Source: Protoeuglena noctilucae (lineage: Eukaryota). From it: DNA of 64,000 bases. Below the pieces are notes generated by a model. It searched no databases. It was not told the origin of the DNA and saw nothing but the letters and a program-made list of their open reading frames with translations. Positions 1-14,000 of this stretch are shown one piece after another (within the stretch, counting starts at the first letter, position 1; every line of letters starts with the position of its first letter). A program made the translations under genes and the position numbers. The stretch covers positions 930,001-994,000 of the forward strand of contig OY253675.1 of NCBI GenBank assembly GCA_958009085.1, in the 5' to 3' direction.

Positions 1-1729
1 GGAGGAAACAAAGCACCGTTTGGTTGCGTGCTCAACGTGTGTGCGCACAATGTGCCCCTTGCAGTTTGCGACGCAGCTTCTCGTCACCTTAATCACGGTC
101 TGGGGGAGGCGCTTCAGGTATTCCTCCTTCGTCAGTGCGCGCGGCTTTCCAAGGTCCCCCATACTGCGCACATTGCCCTGCTGCGACTGAGCGGCACTGG
201 CATCGCTGGCGCGGGACAACCCAGGAACAGGGGCGTCCCCGAAGGAGAGGTCGGTCTTGTCAATGAGCACGAGGTTGGCCCCGTCAGGGAAGTCCTCCCG
301 CAGCTGCAACGAGACCAACGAATTGCAGTTGCACTTGCTTGAGTGCTCCAGGCCCAGGACAATGCAGTCAGCATCTCATGGCAGCATTCTCGCGCAACTG
401 CACGAATCATAGGCCACTGGGACCGGCCAACATGTCAGGCAATGTAATGAAGATCAACTTTGCGGTCCGCTTACAGGAGGCCATGGCGATCTGCAAGTTA
501 TTTGACGACACGGTGCACACCTGGAACGGATGGTACCCGTCCAAAATGTCCTGTAGCAGGGCGCGGCTGGAGATGTCACTGAAAGGCTGGAAGGGGAACA
601 CGTGAAGCTGCAGACCATCCCTGCAAGCGAGGTAGAGCCGAGGGGTGCGCAAAACATGCCGACAGCAAGCAGCGCGGCACAACGTCGTATCCTGGTGCAC
701 GCAAGGAGCGATGCATCCGCGCCGCTTCTGCCTCACTGGTACAGCGTCAGGGGGACGGTGGGCGCGCTCTGGCCCGTCTGAAGGTTCAGCCGTGCGACAT
801 GACGCTCCAAAGCCTTGACGTCCAGTCCCAGCGAGGCAACGGTGCTCTTGCCCTTCTCCTCTGAAGGACGAGCGCGCGGATCATCCCGGACCGAGGCAGG
901 CATCGCATTCCCACCGCCTTCGACCTCGACGTACTTGCCAGGGTCATCCTCGCCCACCCAGACCATGCCGTAATCGTTCAAGAACTTCTTGATGTCCCGC
1001 ACCTGCGGATGCAAGAGCGGCCGCGTGGACTCTGCGCCTGCACTCGAGTCCCGGTCGGATAGAGGAGGGGGGCGGCGAAACAGCCATCGGACCTGCCCCC
1101 ACGCCACGTTCAGCTCCCGCCTGAGCCGGCCGTTCTCGGCCCGCAGCCCCGCGATGATCGTCTGCTCGGTGTTGGACGAGGACTCCGCGGCATCTCCAGC
1201 CGTGTGCGCAGAAGCCAGGCGCTCCTGCAAGTCCCGGACCCTGCGTGCCTTGCAGGGCGAGGTTCAAGAGTCTAGCACGCGGCTGCCCAGGCTCAGCGCG
1301 CCACACGGTGGTCAAAAACGCCTACACTGCCCTCCCTGGCCCTCACTTGTCCTCCAGCTTCTTCTTGTCGATGTGGACCTGCTGGAACGTCGCGGCTTTC
1401 GCCTTGGCATCCGCCTCCAGGTCCCGAAGGCGACGAATGAGCGCCGTCATGAGCCCCGCTTCGCTCGTTATCGGCGCCCCCTGCGTCTCCCGACTGTCCT
1501 GAAACCGCGGGCCTTCCAGGGTGCTGTCGAGGACCTCGGGCGGCACGTCCAGCTTGCCCCTGAGACGTGCCACCACATTGCTGCAGAGCGACGGGCGTCG
1601 CGCGAAAAGCCATGGGTCGTGCGCGGCATGTTGACATTCACGAGGCAGAGCAATCGCTCTGCTCGACGGAGTCTGCGCACTCGCGCTCGTCGCGACGCAC
1701 CGGTCCATGTGCCTGTCCAGCCCGTTCAT
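1..1729 (-). CDS. UBXN11: UBX domain-containing protein 11 (socius)-like, multi-exon, 3' end runs off the window
   Basis: Spliced exons give MNGLDRHMDR|GKLDVPPE, a coiled coil, QVRDIKKFLNDYGMVWVGE, SEP-like LLQDILDGYHPFQ|LREDFPDG and LTKEEYLKRLPQTVIK. These match motifs remembered from UBXN11. The last visible exon ends at about 88. Confidence 0.75.
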
Positions 1730-2537
1730 GGCCGCGAACGACGCAGGGGATCGGGAGGAGCCCTCCTTGGCTTGAAATCAATGCCTTGTACCCTGCTACC
1801 TTCTTGCCGTGCAGTCTCAAGCGCTCCCTTCTCACGACGTTCCCAAAAAACTCTCCCAAGCTTCTCCAAGCTCGGGTCTCCGACGAAAGGCTCGCAAATG
1901 CACAGATTCGAAGCGAAACGTCACGTTCTACAAGCGACTGGGTCGCGTGACGCCGGCGGGGCGTGGGGAATGGATCACGGGGCTGGCGCAGCGTGGACTG
2001 GCGCGAGACGCAGTGGAGTCGGCTCCGGCGGAGCCTCCGCGCGCTCGACAAGACCATTGTTTCCTTCGGTATCATCTGCTTCTGCACGAGCGCATAGAGG
2101 TGGTACAGCGGGCTGAGCCTCGAGTTTCTTTGCAGTTTTGCAGTGAATTCGTGAATTCATGGACGCTGTGCGCTTGCAGCGGGCGCAGGAGGTGCTGGAA
2201 GGTCAGGTCAAAATGCCTGCACAAGAATCCGGCACTGCCTCCCGCTCGTTGCGCCCGAAAAGTCATGCTTCCTGGTCCGCGCAGTGGCCCACCGCCTGTC
2301 CACCATCCTGAAAACTGGGCTGGACCGTGAAACTCTCAGCACGCTCATCGCGCTTTTGGAGGCGGGCGTCAGCCCCGAGGCCCTTGCTGCGTGAGGAAAC
2401 GCCCCCAGGCGCCACAGCCGCACGCTGTGCGATTTTCGTGTGCGCGAGCGGTGTCCCGGGCCCTGTCGTCCCGCAGGATCGTGAAGGAGCTGCGGAAAGA
2501 GGCGGCAGCTCTTGCGGAGACGGCCCATTGAGCGCGT

Positions 2538-3214
2538 ATGGCTCATGTGGCCTCCACGAGGGGCCTGGGGCCGCACCTGCGGCCCACACCCACACTGCGC
2601 GGCGGGCCGCGGCAAGGGCCCGCTCATGTAATTCTGGCACACGGCGGACAGGGACGTCGGGCGACCGCCGTCGCGTGCGGGCAGTGCCTGGGACCGGTGG
2701 GTGTGTCCAGTCGTCACTCGTCCATGAAGGAGGGTGTCAAGTGTGCCTCCGCGGAAGCCTCTCGGGACGAGTGCCGGCACGGGACCAAAGGAGGCGACTC
2801 AAATGTGGTTGACGAGCGCAACGAGGAAGGCGCAGACGTGTCGGTGCCCGACAGCGCGCGCGACGCTCAGCCAACCCCTGCTGTGTCGGCAGCGATGGGC
2901 CTCCTTCGCTTCTACAAGTCCCAGATCTCGCCGCTGCTGCCCCCGTCGTGTCGCTACATTCCCACGTGCTCTGGTGAGGTTGTGTCTTTGTGCAGCAGGT
3001 CCCTGCGCTCCCCAGGGTGACCACGGTGGACGACCGCCCGCCGCCGCGACGCCGTGCAGAGTACGCCATGATGGCCTACAAACGCCACGGTTTCGCGCGG
3101 GGCACGGTCATGACGGCGTGGCGGCTTATGCGCTGCAACCCTCTGGGAGGGCACGGGTACGACCCCCCCGTGTGGCCCCCCCCGGGGCTCCGCTTCCTCA
3201 GCTGGATTGAGTGA
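2538..3214 (+). CDS. yidD: Membrane protein insertion efficiency factor YidD homolog with N-terminal extension (probable organelle transit peptide); intron 2974-3059
   Basis: [35 protein letters not shown]...[17 protein letters not shown] is the three-Cys YidD signature. A GT-AG intron restores the frame. Confidence 0.92.
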
Positions 3215-3298
3215 CTGGCCCCGCTTGCTGCTCAGGCAGTCGCATCTCGCTTGCTGTTCAATTTCCACATCGACCGCGCGCGGCCCAGGTCTAGTTCT

Positions 3299-6200
3299 TC
3301 ACGAATCGGAGCGGGGAGACGGCGTTCCAGAGCCTCTGGACAAACGTACCCGCGGCAGCCTGCACGTCAGGGTCGGGGGACGTGGGTATGGTCGCATCAA
3401 GCACGCATCGGCCATAACCGGGCCCTCCCTCGCGCCACTTGCCTCGCTGCCGCCCGGCGTCTTGGCAGGCGTCCCAGCAGCCGTCGGGGCCGTGTTCACG
3501 TCCGTGGGGAGCAGCGGGGCGCGCTCGGTCGTGCCAGCCAGAGTCGCCTGCGTCGGCATCCAGGGGTACGGGTTGACATGGGGCTGCTCCATGCACGGAC
3601 CGCGGCTCTGGTCCGGCACTGCCGACCGTGGCACCTGGTCTTCCGCCGCCATTGCCCTCGCCGCTTCCCCAGCAGCCTTCCCCGGCGTCTTGATGCCCGC
3701 GACTTGGGCGGGCGACGTGGAGCCCAGGACTGTGCGGAAGGCTTCCGGCGTTGCCTTAGTGCACCTGGGGACAGGTCTCAGAAGCGGACGACTTGATTAC
3801 CGCTGCAGCGCCCCGCCGAGCGACAGGCGCAGGTCGCAGGCACCCTCGCTCACCTGTGCTTCCGGTCCCGTGCCTCCGGGGTCACCGTGTCCCCGGCACC
3901 TGTGGTGGCCAGGGCGGCGGCCGCCGCTTTGCGCCTCCCCGCCACCGTCTCTGCCATTCTGGGCGTGACGGGCCGCGACTTCTTTACGGCCGGGGTCCCC
4001 GGACCCCGTAGCGTCGGCAGACCCCTGGACACTGCACCGGGGCCCTCCTCTCCAGCCGGGAAGCCCTGGGCCGCAGGGTTGAGCTCCACCTCCTCCGCCG
4101 CCCCCCGCAGGCCCCGCGCCCGGGTCTCGGCACCCGTAGCCGTCTGCAGCGAGCTCAAGGGCATGTCAATCACATGGCATGCTGCGGGCACCCTCGCTGG
4201 CCGGCATGGACTGCGCAGCTAGCACCGATGGTTCCAGCCCTGCAAACTCACTCTGGCTTTCTCTAGCTGCTGCTGCAAGAACTTGATCTTGGTGGCCAGC
4301 TGGGCCGTTTTGCGCTTCAGTGCCCGGTTCTCCGTCACGGCCGCGTCGGCTGCCGCCATGAACTGCCGAGCCTCCTCTTCCTGGCTCCGCAGGCGGGCCC
4401 GCAGCGCCGTTGCATCACCACGCCCCACGAGCGGCGTGGCGCCAGCCGCCCTGCGCACTGGCGTCGCGTCCACCGCTGCCGATGCTGCGACGTCCCCCGC
4501 ACTTGCAGCCGAGTCCTTGGGCGCAGGGGTGGCCTTGGCAGGGACAGCCTCCACTGCCACGATGTCGACCTTGTTCCTGCCAGCAGCCCGTGCCTCCTCT
4601 GCCCCCTTCGCGGCCTCCAAGGCATCCCTCAGCTCCTTCGACGCCTGCCTCTCCGCGGCCAGCTCGTTTTCTCTCTGCGAACCCGCAGCTGGCCTGCTCG
4701 CGCTCCCACTCCACGCCATGCCCCCCCCGCATGCGCTATGAAACGTGACTGAAAGCATCCGCGCGTCAGCGACTCACCTCCGCCAGGGCTGCCCGTGCCT
4801 CCGCGACCATCGCGTCCCTGGCCCCCAGCGCGCACTCCCAGTCGCCCGCCCGCGTCTCCATCTCCGCCAGCCGCGCCTCCAGGGCCGCCACCGCCTCCGT
4901 CGCCTCCTGGCCCATCGCCCGCAGCTCCTCGCACTCGGCGGCGTGCGCCGCGCGCTGCCGCTCCGCCTCCTCCTGCAGCCTCCCCACCGCGGCCTCTGCC
5001 GCCGAGAGGGCACTCTCGGCATCCGCCGCTCTCCTCGTCTCCGCCTGCAGCTCCGCGTCCCTCGCCTGCGCCGCGGCCCTCGCTTCCGCAACAGCCACCT
5101 CCAACTCGGCGACCCTGGCCCTCTCCGCCCCCAGCTGCTCCTCGACCTCCGACGCCATGGCCTGCGTTTCCCGCGCCGCCACCTCGGCCGCCCGCAGCTG
5201 CGCCCTAACAGCCTCCACCTCGCCTTCGAGATCCCCCACGCGCGACGACAGCGCCGCCCTCGCGGCGTCCGCCTCCTTCCCAAGGCCCTCCGCAGCAGCC
5301 GCCAGCGCCGACTGCAGCCGGGCCACCTCCCCGCTCCGCTCCTCGGCCGCGTCCCGCGCCGCGCGCGCCTCCACCTCCGCTGCCCCCAGCCTCTCCCGAG
5401 CCAACGCCAGCTCCGCCACCGCCTTGGCCCGCTGCTCCTCCGCGCACTCCGCGGCCGCCCCCGCTTCCACCGCCTCAGCCCGCGCGGCCCGGGCCTCCTC
5501 CGCCGCTTGCCCCAGCCTCTCCTCCGCAGACCTCGCAGCCTCCCGCAGCCGCTCCGCCTCCGCCTCAGCGTGGCCCAGCCGCATGCTCGCCTCCTCCCCA
5601 AGGCTCCTCGCATCCGCCAGCGCGCGCTCCAACTCTGCTGCCTGGGCCGTGGCCGCTGCCAGAGCGGAGCGCGTCTCCTCGGTCTCCCGTCTCGCCGCCA
5701 CGCACGCGGCCTGCAACTCCGCCTCTCGCGCCACCCAGACGCGGTCGCGCTGCGAGGAGGGGATGCACGCGTGAGCGACGCAGCAGCCCGTCTTCACCTG
5801 CACCCGCTCGCAAGCCCTTACCTCTCCGGCGACCTCCTCTGCCCGCTGGGCTGCGGCCTGCAGAGCCCGGGACGCCTCGTGCTCGCGCGCGGCATGGTGC
5901 GCGGCTGCAGCCCAGGCCTCGGCGCACTGGCGGGCGTTGAAGAGGACGGCCCACGTGGCGGCGGACAGGTGCTGCTCGAGCCGCGACAGCTGGCTGGCAA
6001 GGTCCTTAACTTTTAGCTCTAAAAAATGTGCCTGCGCAGGGTAAACCTGATAATGAAGATGGGTCGCCCGCCACTCATCTGCCGTGAATGGAATGCAGTG
6101 GCAGCGACGCTTGCCTTCTCCGTGGCTGTCGCCGCAGCATTCCTGTGGGTCTCCAGGGATTCCTCCACCACCACCACCGTCTCCTGCGCGCGCCCCTTCT

Positions 6201-9200
6201 CAATCGCCAACGACGCAGCACGGCCCTGCGTCCACGCACGGCCCCATGCCATCATTCAGACCCCAAGCCACCAGTCACCTGCACCTCCCGTGCCTGTCCA
6301 CCTCCTCACCTCCGCCTCCTCGAGGGACTCCTGGAGGTCAGCCACCTCCGCGCGGAGCTCCTCAACCTCAGCCGCGCGTGCCTCCAGCTCCGCACGCGCG
6401 TCCTCTGCGGGGACAGACGGCCAGGGGAGCAATTGAAACCACTGTTACAGCCCCACGGAGCGCCAAGCCACTGTCGGAGGCAAGCGCATGCAATCTCCTC
6501 ACCCAGCTCTTGCTCGCGCTCTTCGTCCGTGCGCGCCTCGGCCTCCATGACCCGCTGCGCCATGTCCAGCAGCTTCCGGGACTGGTCCCCCGCCAGCTCC
6601 GCTAGCCCGCTCTGCTCCACCTGCAACGGCGTCCAGCCAACTCACGGTACGATCACAAGCACGCCACAGCGCCAGTGCAGCATTCGTGATTCCCACGCAC
6701 ACGAGCCACACCTGGGAAATGGACAGCAGTCGGGCGACGAGAGCATACTGCTCGGCATTGAAGAGCGTCTGCCACTCAGCCGCCCCCAAGCGCTGACGCA
6801 GGACCTCCGCCTCTGCCCGGGCGGCCCCCATCTCCGCCTCCACGCGGGCGCAGCGGGTCGCGGCCTCGTCCCTCGCCGCAACGGCCTCCGCCAAGCGGTC
6901 CGGCTCCGCTCGCAGCTCCTCCTGCGCCGTCGCCAGCTCCTCCTGCGCCGTCGCCAGCTCCTCCTGCGCCGTCGCCAGCTCGGCGCTCAGCCGCTCGACA
7001 GCGCGCCGCAGCTCCTCCTGCTCGGCCTTCGCTGCCGCCTCCGCCCCTGACAGGGCGACGCGCATCCGCTCCACCTCCCCCTCCATCGCAGCCAGGCGAG
7101 CTGCAGCTTCCGCCTGGGCTGCCTCCCGCGCAGTGACGGCCTCCCTTGCCGCGACCCCCGCCTCCGCCGCCTCCACTGCCGCCCTGTCACGGGCCTCCTC
7201 CGCTGCCGCCAGGGCCGTCCTCGCTTCCAAGACGCAAACCTCCGCGTCCCGGCACGTTGCCTGCAGGGTCGCCACCTCGGCCTGCGCGGCTGACAGCCGT
7301 GACTGCATCTCGTGCACCTCCTCTCCCTGACGGGCCGCCTGCTCCTCCGCGGCCCGCTGGGAGCTCGCTGCCTCGGACAGCTGCGTCTGAAGCGCTGCCA
7401 CCTTGTCCTCCAGCGCCCTGCAGGCCGCCCGGGCAGCCTCCGCGTCCTGCATGGCCGCCTCGCGCATCGCAAGCGCCTCAGATGCTGCAAAGTCCTGGCC
7501 GTCGATCCGGGCCTCCAGCTCCTGCACCCGGGCGCTCCGGGCCTTGAGCTCCGTCCGCGTACGCTTCAGCTCCTCCTGCGAGGCGTCCACAGCGGCGGCG
7601 AACTCAAGCTCCCGTCGTGCAGGCGATGTGAGGCTGGGCCAGCGCTGCTCCTCAGGCCACGTGCGGGAGGAGAGGCAGTCACCTCGAGCAGGTCGCAGCA
7701 CGCAGCACAGCTCTCCGTCACTCGCCTTGACGCGGTCCACCCTGCCTTCGGCCTCCTCCACCTGCCGCTCCAGCCCCGCCGCACGCTCCTGCGACGCAGC
7801 CAGGGCTGCGCTGCTTTCGCCCAGGCGGGCCCGCAGCTGCTCGATCTCGGCGTCCTTCTCTGCGCACTGCTGCCGCGCCGACTGCAGGAGGCCTGCCATG
7901 GACTGCGATGCACGCGTCGGGAACGTGCTTTTAGAAGCCCCCAGCGGTGCAGGATCGGTGATGGTGCGCCACTGCGCTTTAAAGTATCGCGCAGCTCACC
8001 TCCAGCTGCAGCACTTGCTCTGCGATGTCCCTGACCTCCCTCTCCTTGCCCGCCAACTGACGCTCCCGCTCGGCCAGTTCCCCGCAGAGCTTCTGCAGCT
8101 CCGCGTCCCGCGCCGCCACGGCGGTCCGCGCATCGTGCAGCTGCACCTCCAGGCGCTTGTTCGACGCGGCCAGATCGTCCTTGGCGGATCGACACGCCTG
8201 GAGGTCCGTCTCCAGGCCCTGGGCGCAGTGCGTCTGCGTCTCCAACTGCGAGGCAACACAAACACAGGAGGGATGCAAGGACGATGTACCAGAACTCGCA
8301 GGACAGCCATCAGCACGGCCTGACCGCCGCTCCTAGCACTCGCCTCTGCGCGGAGGGACGCCACGTCCGCAAGCGTGGCAGACGAGGACGACAGGGCCTG
8401 CGAGGCCCTGCCCTCCGCCGCCTGGAGTGCCAGCTGCGGGGAGCACGATGGGAGACGAGTCGGCAAGCTGTCACGCCTTGTGACTCACCCACGCATCTCC
8501 CTGCATGGATCTGGCAGCTGCATGCCCCGGTGTCACCTCTGCCTTGCCGAGCTTGTCATGGGCCGTGGCGAGGGCGCTCTTTAAGTCCAAAATCTCCGCC
8601 TCCCTCCTGGCGCTCAGCTCCTCCATCGCCGCCACCTGCGCAAGGGCCCGCGAGCTTGTGGCTGAGTCCCGGAGCAAAGGGCACGCTCTCCCAGCAAAAG
8701 GCCGGCCACCATCTGCTGCTCTACTCACGTCGCGCGTGATGCTCTCGATCTCCTCCTGCACTTTGACCTGCTGGCCCTGCCCGGCATCCAGGGACGCCTC
8801 CAGCGTCCGGCAGCGTGCCTGCGAGGCACCAGAGAGCGCCGCCATGGCCCGGGCACGGTTCCCTCTGCGGCCGCACCCATCCCCGCACGCCGCAGACCTA
8901 TTGGTGGTCACGAGTGTCTCACCTGGGCCTCCTTGAGCTCCTGCTCCGTCTCCGCCATGCGCCGTTCGAGCGCGCCGTAGGCCTCCGCGCCGCTCTCGTT
9001 ACTCGCGCCTGCCTTGGCCTTCAGGGACGCGACCTGGTTCTGCAGGAACTCGCCCTTGTCCCGTGCCTGCACCAGCTGGGCGTGCAGGTCGTTGCGCTCC
9101 GTGGTCAGTGCACCGTGCTCGTCTGACAGGCGGTCCAGCCGGGCCTGGAGCTCCCGCAGCTCCTGTTCATGGGCGCTCTGGGGACACGGGGAGAGCATCG

Positions 9201-10377
9201 GGTTTGCACACAGACGCAGCTGCTGGTGCGCATCTCCAAACTCCACGCAGCCCCTGGGGAGGCCACTGTCTCTGCCGAATCCACTTCCTCGCCTTGGCTG
9301 ACTGGAGGGCCTGCTTCGCCTGGTCCAACTGCGTGGGTAGGACCCTGAGCCTGCGGGAGACGGTGTTAAGGGGTGCTGTGACTTTGACACACACTCCCGG
9401 GGTGCGGGGGTCGACGAGCGCATTGCCACGGCAGCCTGGGCATCCCACCGGCTAGCCTCGTCTTGGCTGGCCTTGAGCTGCCGCTGCAACTCGGCGTTGG
9501 CGCCGACCTGCGGTGGAAAACACGGGCGGGGCGTTCTGACCTGACTGCCTGTGACCCTCTCTGCAAAGCCCCTCTGGGCCGTGCACGCATCAGATGTCTT
9601 ACCTTCGAGGCCAGATCCCTTTGCGCTTCTTCCTCCCGGCGTTTGTGCAGCGTGCACTCCTTCTGGCACTCGGCCAGGGCGCTCTCTGCACCGGCCAAGC
9701 GCTCTGCCTTGCGCTTCAGCTCCCGGCCCGTCACCTCGCCGACCGTCAGCGCCTGGTCCAGCTCCTGCATCCACAAGGGGCGGAGTCACTTGCAGGTGAA
9801 GGGAAGGAGGCTCAAGATGCTGCTCGTCTGCATCGGGAAGCTGCAACTCGTGCCGCACGTGCTGGGTCTGCCGAAGGGCAGCCTGTAGCCGGGCGCACTG
9901 CTCCTTGACGTCGCGGATGTCGGCATCCTGCGAATACGACGGCGCCAAAAACGTTCAGCAGCGCGGGGCGGAGGGGCAAGAACACGGAACAAGGCAAACA
10001 GACGCTCACCTTCTTGCTCAGCGTGTTCTGCAGGTTATCCACGTTTGCTTCCCGCTGCTGAAGGACGCGCTTGAGCTGCAGACTCAGGGAAGGACTCGCA
10101 TGGGTGATGGGGCGCGCGACCGCGACAACGGCTGGCCAAAAATGCGACGCAGAGCGCTGGGGACTGGCCGCATGCCACAGGAACGGAACATGCAGAAACT
10201 AAATGTAAGTTGAAAAGCAAGCAACGCTTCGCACGCTGCCCCGGCGACGCTGTGCGGCCACACGGTGTGGACTCGCGTCGCCCTGAGGCCGGTTCCTCCT
10301 CCAACGGACTCGCGCACTTTCCTACGGAATCACCCAATTACCTTGTCGACCTCGGGATCGGATCCGAACGTCGCCAT
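3299..10377 (-). CDS. Large multi-exon coiled-coil protein of unknown family
   Basis: Starts MATFGSDPEVDK|LKRVLQQREANVDNLQNTLSKK. Successive exons are A/E/R/L/Q-rich heptads with plausible splice sites, ending in a disordered P/T-rich tail. Exact exon count is uncertain. Confidence 0.7.
6913..6981. repeat. Perfect 21-bp tandem repeat (3 copies plus a partial) inside a coiled-coil exon
   Basis: cagctcctcctgcgccgtcgc x3 encodes (ELATAQE)3 on the minus strand. Confidence 0.95.
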
Positions 10378-11082
10378 TCCCCGGGCGCGTGCGCCCGGGC
10401 GCGTGGGGGTCGGCGTCGCCTACGAAGCTGATTTCGAAAACGCAGCAAGGGGCCGACAACCCCCGGCTGCCGTACGACGCGGGTGATCTTGCAGTGTCAG
10501 TACCTGCGCCCAGTGTCCTGGACTGTCCAGACTCTTGACGCATGGGATGCCATGACCGGCTGTTCCTGACGTGAGACTGGCCATTGCCCGTGACGCCGAC
10601 TCAGAAGGCTCTCTCACGTTTCTCGTGCTCGCCTACAGCATGTAACATGACACGAACCTGACAGGGCCGTTACTTATGCGTCTTGCACGCTGTTGCTTGC
10701 CCAAACCCATGGAGGTTTGAAATCCACTCGGCGTCCGCTCCTCGGCCGCGCCTGCCGACCCCGCCGCGGCTTTTTGTTACTGAGAGGTGAAGAGATGGCG
10801 TGGCGACCGTCCTGATTATATGCGCGTCCGGGTCGTGGAGCCCAGGAGATGCATGTGTCGACAACCATTGGACCTTTGCAGGTGCCGGTTTCGAGCTGTC
10901 GTCGGCCTCGCTCGTCTTGCCTGCTAATTCTCTGCCCGACGCCGCTATGGCATAGGCGGCCGGAGTGAGGGCGCATCGCGAGGCCGGGTCCAAAGCCGCT
11001 GCACGCTTGGGCGCATCCAAGCTTCCTGCTGTGGGCCCCGCGGGCAGGGAGTCCCGGTCGAGACAGATGGTGGCGGCGGAGG

Positions 11083-14000
11083 ATGAGCAGCGCACGGTCA
11101 TCAGTGCGAGGACCGGCATGTCTTCCCCCGTCCTCATGGCTCGGTGACGGGCGCTGCTTGGCCGCGCAGCATATGACAGTGCTGTCCGTGTGAGCGCTGG
11201 TGCAGGGAACCACAGGGCCCACCGGCACGCTCTTCACGCTCCCAGGGCCATCAACCTGATCGACATCCTGGTGGGGATCACCGAGGAACCGGAGGTGGCC
11301 CCTCCCCCGGAGGACCCCAGGGCGGGCGCTGCCAAGGCGGGCAAGGGGCCCCCGAAGGAGGTGACGGGGTGGCGGAGCGCCTGTCATGCCTGGCGGAGGC
11401 ATCACTGTCAGCCTCGCAGCTGTGGACGAGACGGAATAGGGTCGTTCGCTCTGTTGCCGCAGAAGCGGGAGAAGAAGGTCCAGAAGCGCAAGACGAAGAA
11501 CGTGGGGGATGACCTGGCGAGGGCGCTGGAGGACGGGTGGATCGACCTGAGCCTCGGGTCGCTGTCCCAGGCTGACCTGGTCGAGCTGATCGACAAGGTG
11601 ACATTGTGGCCAGGGTCAGCGCAGCCTGGGACGCGTCCCTGCATCTCATGCAACCCCTGCGCGTGCCGTGGCGCCCTTCCCAGATCCGCTTGACGCCCAA
11701 ACCCCTCGCTGGCATCCGCCTGGCCGTGGTGGCCAAGGGCTATGACGACCTCCTGGGGGACATGGCCTCGGGTGCCATGGTGCTGTCCTCCCGGCCGTAC
11801 GACTTTACCTCGAACAAGCACGCCCAGGCGCAGGACGCGTTCCGGGACGCCCTTAAGTCGGAGAAGTACCGCACCAAGTTTGCAACGCTTCTGCAGGCGA
11901 GTGGCGGTGGCACACATGCCAGATGTAAGAACACCTTTTTCCCGGCGGGTGTGCTACAACCGCAGGCCACCTGTCGTCCCCGCAGCGCATGATCGGGATG
12001 AGCAACGTCCAAAAGGTCCAGGAGCTGTCGCTCTGCTTCCCGCTCCCCAAGGCCCTGCCCAAGCCCCTGGGCCTGACCCTGCAAACCTATACCGGGCTGC
12101 GCGTGCTCAACCTCAGCGGCAGCCGCATCGGCGACCGGGGCATGATGGAGATCGTGGCGGGGCTGAGGCCGTGCAAGTCTCTGCGACGCCTGATTCTGGC
12201 CGGGTGAGGAGCCAACAGCGCGTTGCACAGCGAGGCGCGGCTGTCCATTGTCGGCCAAACTGCCTACACTCTGCGGCTGTGCGCCCACAGGTGCGGGCTG
12301 ACGGATTTCGCCGCCTCTGCGCTGTCGGGACTCATCAAGGGGTACAACGCCAACCGGGAGGTCCGCGTGTGGGAGGCCAACCTCCGCACCTACCCGCCGC
12401 TCCCGATGAGCGCCAAGGCGAGTCACATGGCTGGCCTCAACGCGTGTCCCTCGCCACGTGCACATTCACCCCATAGCCGCAACGTTGCATCCGACACTCA
12501 GCTCGCCTCCCCCTCCCCGCAGCTCCGCCGTCGCATGCAGTGGACGGTGAACCACGACGCCTACACCCAGGTGCTCGACGACGGGGCCAACGCCGGGGGG
12601 CTGCACTTCCTGGATCTCAGCTGCAACGCGCTGACGGACACTGCCATCTCCGAGGTGCGTCGCCGCAAGGGTCCCTGGCACGCCACTGCCGCACTGCTGC
12701 CGTTCCGAGGTGCGACTCACTGCCGATGCCCCTGGTGCCCGCAGCTGCTGGACGCCATCATCGCCGACTTCAAGATGGTGGGCCTGTCCCTGCGCCGGAA
12801 CGCCATTAGCCCCGCGGGGGTCAAGAGGATGCGGGAGGTGCTCAACCCGGACGACGCGGACCTGACCAAGTGCCACCGCAGCCTCGTCTTCGTGGACATG
12901 AGGTGGGCGCGGCCGGCGCGCTTTGTTGGTTCCGCCGTAGCGCCCAGCGGATGCGCCCCGCTGCATGACGAGGCCCTGCGCCCGGGTGCAGGTTCCAAGG
13001 GGACGGCACGCGCGTCGACGACCCGTCCTCGGTCGTGCTGGTCAACCCCCTTTTCGCGGCCAAGATGCCACGCAAGACGGGCGTCCAGGCGTCCCTGGCC
13101 ACGCATGACATGCCGGGTCAGTGCATGCCCCCCTTCCCATGGCGCAAGCGCAAGGAGCAGCTGAGGAGGGCCCGTGACCCGCACTGTTGCTTCCCTGTTG
13201 CAGGCAGCCGGCCGCCTTCCCGCCTGGATGCGCGCCCCGGCTCCGTCAGCCCCACCCCGACCCCGCGGCCCGCCACTGCCACCGCCGCGGGGCCAGGGCC
13301 CACCCCCCGGGTCGCACGGCCGGCGTCGGCGCCGAGACTGGCAGTTGCGACGCCACGGGGGGCGGAGGTCGCGCGTTCGGCGGGCCTGCTGCGGCCGTCC
13401 ACCGCGAGGGGGCAGGGCGCGAAGGGAAGCGGCGCTGGGGTGCGGGGGGGAGGGGGCGCGGCGACGACGGACGCAAAGCCTGCCCAGCTATCTGCAAGGT
13501 GTGAGCCGCGCCTGGGGTCGTATGAGGCACGGCCAACCGATCTGGTAGTTTTTCAGACGGGCCACATTGAGTCGCGGAATGCTCCCGCAGGGGCTCGCGG
13601 GCTGCGAGGGACAAAGCTGCTACCGGGAGCGCTGGCCCCCACGGACTCACGGCCGCCAACCTCAAGCAGCACCAGAGGTGAGTGAAGCTTGCTGCACCTC
13701 GCATGATGGCAATGCGGACTCACCCTGCTCGGCGAATTCGTCATCGGCCTTCCCCCGGCAGGGTCGTCAGCGGAGAGGCGGGGTTGGACGGCGCCCCGAC
13801 TCTGCGATTGGAGAGTGCACGTGGCAGCCGGCCGGCAGAGGAGCCCCAGCCTGCCCTCAGCAGGGATGAGACGGGTAATGGCCGACCGGCCCACTGGACT
13901 GCAGATCAGCGTGGTTCTCACGTTGCCCCGCACAGTGGGTCCGTGCCCGCGCCCACAGCCGCGGCGGAAGGGGGGGTCGTCGCGGCGCTAAAGGACGGGC

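Noticed and set aside
4745..8323. Long plus-strand Arg/Pro/Ser-rich ORFs, and similar ones opposite RPL4, delta-COP and the kinesin
   Set aside because: Antisense or alternative-frame shadows of GC-rich coding exons.
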